Source: Nanobdellati archaeon (lineage in GTDB: Archaea > EX4484-52 > GLR71). From it: DNA of 18,576 bases. Position 1 is the stretch's first letter. Every line of letters starts with the position of its first letter. This document shows positions 17,276 to 18,576 of this stretch, in pieces. The stretch is taken from positions 1 to 18,576 of the forward strand of contig JAHYJO010000020.1 in the NCBI GenBank assembly GCA_019429125.1, in the 5' to 3' direction. The notes beneath the pieces were generated by a model, which was not told the DNA's origin, did no database searches, and worked only from the letters and a program-made list of their open reading frames with translations. Both the position numbers and the translations under genes were made by a program.

Positions 17276-18394
17276 TTAAGGTCTATTTGAATTATGAACT
17301 CTAGGAAATGGTTTTGTCTCCCATATAAATGGCAGTTTCAATAAACACTGAATAAATCTTTCAATACCCATTCCCCATCCAGAATGAATCTTTGGATTCG
17401 TTGAATCCCTTGATGCAATATACGCACCATAATCATCCATATCTAACTTAAAATGTTTTGCTTTCAACTCTGTATCCTCACGAGTATGTACTCTTTCACC
17501 ACTACCAATTATTTCACCAAAACCTGGAAAAAGTAAATCTGCATTAATTACAAGTTCTGGTTTATCTTTATGATTCGCATGATAAAATGCAACTTCATCG
17601 GAAATATAATCAATTACAAAAATAGGTTTTCCACCTAATATTTTTATTAATAATATTTCTTCATAAGCTCCGAAGTTTTTTATTGAAATTTCTTTGTATT
17701 TTAAATTTTTCGTGTGTTTATAAAGCAAGTCAAAAGCTTTATGAAATGTTATTTTATCAAATTTTATTTTAATTATACTTTCTAAATTCTTAAAATCTTC
17801 AATATCTAAAAAAATATCTAAATCATCCTTATTATTATTTAATAGATAATTTATAATGAATTTTAAGTATTTTTCTTGAAAATCTAGATTTTGTTTGAAA
17901 TTTATTTTTCCTTCATATTCAATGTGTGTAAATTCTGGAAGATGACGGAAATCTGCATTTTCCATCCTAAAACTTTTATCCCAACAATATAACTGATCTA
18001 TTTCGGGGTTATTTATAGCGAATTCAAGGTATAATTGTGAGGATTGTGTTAAAAAAGTTTCATGTTCGAAAAATTGTATTCTAAAAGGCTCCACATCAGA
18101 AGGTATTGTACCATTAAGTGCACCAGGAGATGAAATCATTCTTGTTAATACTGGAAGATTAAAAAGGTAGGCACCCTCATGTTCCATAAATTTATTAGAT
18201 GCTTTAAATATCGCATCAAATATCCTTATAATAGCTGCCCATTTTTTTGGTTCGTTTTTTAAATCTTTATACCTCATACTTAAATCAGGAGGAGAAACAA
18301 ATTTTACATTATCAATCTTATTAAAAACCTTGTTACCTATATAACTTATTTTTCCATCCTCTACAAAATAGGGTCCACAAGATTTAGATTGCAT
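17276..18394 (-). CDS. Class IIb aminoacyl-tRNA synthetase paralogue (AsnRS/AspRS catalytic core only, no OB-fold anticodon domain)
   Basis: FLTQSSQLYLE, motif 2 SFRMENADFRHLPEFTHIEYE, ADLLFPGFGEIIGSGER and motif 3 HSGWGMGIERF...PFPR. Only about 50 aa precede the catalytic core. Confidence 0.88.
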   Translation of the reverse strand: MQSKSCGPYFVEDGKISYIGNKVFNKIDNVKFVSPPDLSMRYKDLKNEPKKWAAIIRIFDAIFKASNKFMEHEGAYLFNLPVLTRMISSPGALNGTIPSDVEPFRIQFFEHETFLTQSSQLYLEFAINNPEIDQLYCWDKSFRMENADFRHLPEFTHIEYEGKINFKQNLDFQEKYLKFIINYLLNNNKDDLDIFLDIEDFKNLESIIKIKFDKITFHKAFDLLYKHTKNLKYKEISIKNFGAYEEILLIKILGGKPIFVIDYISDEVAFYHANHKDKPELVINADLLFPGFGEIIGSGERVHTREDTELKAKHFKLDMDDYGAYIASRDSTNPKIHSGWGMGIERFIQCLLKLPFIWETKPFPRVHNSNRP

Positions 18395-18415
18395 AAATTA
18401 TATTATTTATAAAAG

Positions 18416-18430
18416 AATATAAAGTTTTTG
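18416..18430 (-). promoter_or_regulatory. BRE/TATA promoter for the three-gene operon (probably leaderless)
   Basis: Minus strand CAAAAAC-TTTATATT, with the TATA element 22-29 nt upstream of ATG18394. Confidence 0.55.
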
Positions 18431-18448
18431 TGTTTTAGATTTACTTTT

Positions 18449-18494
18449 ATTGAGCTCATCCAGTTAAGCTCAATTTTTCAATCCTTAACTGGAT
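18449..18494. repeat. Two interleaved perfect inverted repeats (pseudoknot-capable)
   Basis: ATTGAGCT (18449-18456) / AGCTCAAT (18467-18474) and ATCCAGTTAAG (18458-18468) / CTTAACTGGAT (18484-18494). Confidence 0.8.
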
Positions 18495-18576
18495 ACTATT
18501 TTTTTAAATGGATTAAATTTTCAAAAATATTAACAAATTCATCAAAAAATCAATTTTATCACATAATTATTTATTA

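Overview
Archaeal chromosomal window, AT-rich, with TATA-type promoters and GGTG(A) Shine-Dalgarno motifs. The gene set and protein styles suggest a DPANN-like lineage (inference). Housekeeping core: fibrillarin + Nop5 divergent from rps17e, myo-inositol-1-phosphate synthase, a thymidylate-kinase-like protein, alanyl-tRNA synthetase, and tRNA-Gln(CTG) with a 46-nt intron at non-canonical position 59/60 in the T-loop. Two more AT-rich accessory blocks interrupt it. The first is a NUDIX / S-adenosylhomocysteine-hydrolase-like fusion plus an HTH-MNT/HEPN toxin-antitoxin pair next to the tRNA; the antitoxin carries an early TAA. The second is a tight three-gene operon: anticodon-domain-less AsnRS/AspRS paralogue, SAM methyltransferase and Nif3/DUF34. 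It is the best candidate for an undescribed system and has a pseudoknot-capable double inverted repeat upstream. The left end holds an orotate-phosphoribosyltransferase-like pseudogene (3 stops, 1 frameshift) that the ORF track misses. All family calls are from motif recognition by eye, not database searches.
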